From the IMG/VR virus record IMGVR_UViG_3300030744_000156, positions 1 to 64,000 of that record: DNA of 64,000 nt; one strand, 5' to 3'. This DNA comes from a virus (lineage: Duplodnaviria; Caudoviricetes). Every line of letters starts with the position of its first letter. Within the stretch, counting starts at the first letter, position 1. Under the pieces are notes generated by a model. The model saw only the letters and a program-made list of their open reading frames with translations. It was not told where the DNA came from and made no database searches. This document shows positions 62,672 through 64,000 of this stretch, in pieces. Made by a program: the position numbers and the translations under genes.

Positions 62672-62829
62672 GCTGGGAGGAGCTGCTCGACATCGGCCGC
62701 GAAGCACGCCAGTACGCGGAAGCCGAGCAGTCCCAGCCACCCCAAGCGTGTCCGAACGACGGCGAACCACTGGAGCGAGGCCCGAACGGGATCTTGCACT
62801 GCCGGTTCGACGGCTGGACTGACCAATAG
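62668..62829 (+). CDS. Small Cys/His protein (not in ORF track)
   Basis: MSWEELLDIGRE...ACPNDGEPL...GILHCRFDGW read from sequence; ATGA coupled. Confidence 0.55.
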   Translation: MSWEELLDIGREARQYAEAEQSQPPQACPNDGEPLERGPNGILHCRFDGWTDQ

Positions 62830-62889
62830 CAGCTGGGGATCCGCCGGCGGACGGATTCCCAGCCCCTTCGGGAGAGGAGGTGAACCGGG

Positions 62890-63942
62890 ATGGCGCGACC
62901 TTGGCACTGTGCCCGTGAGGACGTGATGGTCCGCGGGGACATCAAGCTGACGGCGCGCATGGTCGCGCAGGTCGACGATGCGATCGAAGCCGCTACCCGC
63001 GATGTGGAGAAGCGTCTGCACCGCGTCTTCTATCCGAGGATTGAGACGCATCGCTTCGACTGGCCCAGCAGCCAGTACGCCACGTCGTGGCGGCTGTGGC
63101 TCGACCAGCACGAGCTGATCTCGGTCACCACCCTCACCTCCGCTGGCACTGCTATCGCAGCGTCGGACTTCTTCCTCTACCCGGACAGTGGTCCCCCGTA
63201 CAACCGGGTAGAGATCGACCTCGACTCCAGTGCTGCGTTCGGCGGCGGCGACACGCATCAGCGGTCGATCGAGATCCTGGGCTTGTACGGCTACAACGAC
63301 GACTCCAAGACCGCAGGCGCGCTTTCGGCGGCCATCTCGACTACGGCCACGCCCACTGTGGACGTCACGAACTCGTACGCGGTCGGCGTCGGCGACCTGA
63401 TCAAGGTTGATTCCGAGCGGATGATCGTCACTGGCAAGACGATGGCCGATACCACCATCAACACCGCCGGGGCGCTCACCGCTACCGCCAACAACCAGTC
63501 CCTCCCCGTTTCAGACGGCAGTGGTTTTACCGTCGGCGAGATCCTGCTGCTGGACTCCGAACGCGTCCGCATCGACGACATCGCCGGCAACACGCTCACC
63601 GTCACCCGGCAGTGGGACGGTACGACGCTGGCCGCGCACAACACGGGCATCGACGTGTACGCACCACGCAGGCTCACCGTTGAGCGCGGCGCCGTGGGCA
63701 CTACCGCAGCAACACACCTGATCTCCGCCGCCATCACGAAGTGGGCCGCGCCCGGGCCGGTTAAGCGGCTCACGATCGCCGAAGCGCAGACCACGCTCGC
63801 GCAGGAATCTGTTGCATGGGCGCGTCTCATTGGCACTGGCGAGCACGCCCGGGAGTCAGGTGCGAAGGGTCTCAAGGACGCCCGCGAGGAGTGCTACGAG
63901 AACTTCGGCCGCAAGGCGCGCATCCGGGCGGTGACCGGATGA
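62890..63942 (+). CDS. Head-tail connector-like protein with inserted beta-rich repeats
   Basis: VDDAIEAATRDVEKRLHR.F N-terminus and PGPVK.L.IAEA C-terminus, flanking two AGAL...GD/GE.+.+DSER repeats. Confidence 0.65.
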   Translation: MARPWHCAREDVMVRGDIKLTARMVAQVDDAIEAATRDVEKRLHRVFYPRIETHRFDWPSSQYATSWRLWLDQHELISVTTLTSAGTAIAASDFFLYPDSGPPYNRVEIDLDSSAAFGGGDTHQRSIEILGLYGYNDDSKTAGALSAAISTTATPTVDVTNSYAVGVGDLIKVDSERMIVTGKTMADTTINTAGALTATANNQSLPVSDGSGFTVGEILLLDSERVRIDDIAGNTLTVTRQWDGTTLAAHNTGIDVYAPRRLTVERGAVGTTAATHLISAAITKWAAPGPVKRLTIAEAQTTLAQESVAWARLIGTGEHARESGAKGLKDAREECYENFGRKARIRAVTG

Positions 63943-64000
63943 TCAAGGTGAAGGTCCAGGCCAGCGGACCACTCGCAGATGGTGAGTTCCCGGCGATCAT
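63939..64000 (+). CDS. 5' end of next late gene (partial)
   Basis: ATGA coupling, MIKVKVQASGPLADGEFP; runs off the window. Confidence 0.5.
   Translation, partial: MIKVKVQASGPLADGEFPAI

Noticed and set aside
1-64000. CRISPR array, rRNA, transposase, reverse transcriptase (retron or DGR)
   Set aside because: No regularly spaced repeat-spacer series, rRNA-like sequence, DDE transposase or YxDD reverse-transcriptase motif was seen.

Overview
This is a high-GC, actinomycete-type temperate phage genome segment. No host housekeeping genes are visible. An apparently intact attP (3' half of tRNA-Pro(GGG), flanked by 21-bp arm repeats) sits between phage genes on both sides, so the DNA looks like an excised or virion genome rather than an integrated prophage. 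Layout: (1) 1-33.4 kb is a long, mostly leftward early arm: RuvC-like resolvase, LuxR-HTH/FtsK-gamma fusion, C5 DNA methyltransferase, DUF5131, PNK-phosphatase, Rnl1-type RNA ligase, SLOG protein, DnaB helicase, replication initiator with iterons and nearby DnaA boxes, HNH, RecT, YqaJ, DEDD exonuclease, Xis and Cro-like genes, plus many small hypotheticals. (2) 33.6-36.5 kb holds the repressor, an ImmA-like protease, a tyrosine integrase with a LacI-HTH insertion, and attP. (3) 36.6-50.8 kb is an accessory arm: PAPS-reductase-like gene, HAD RNA-repair-type phosphatase, a truncated Pol-beta/RlaP-like nucleotidyltransferase, two tandem Y RNAs, Ro60/TROVE, a 6C-like RNA, and many small genes. (4) 50.8-64 kb holds terminase, a NUDIX/XRE moron, an anticodon-less tRNA-like gene, the portal-minor capsid fusion, a ClpP-type prohead protease, the HK97 capsid and head-completion genes. 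The most striking feature is the RNA-centred content: Ro60 with two Y RNAs, a 6C-like RNA, a 122-nt tRNA mimic with a long hairpin in place of the anticodon loop, another unexplained structured element, and end-healing and sealing enzymes. Several of these loci share one 30-31-bp palindromic operator. All family calls are by motif recognition, not database search. Many start codons were re-picked from the ORF track using RBS or overlap coupling.
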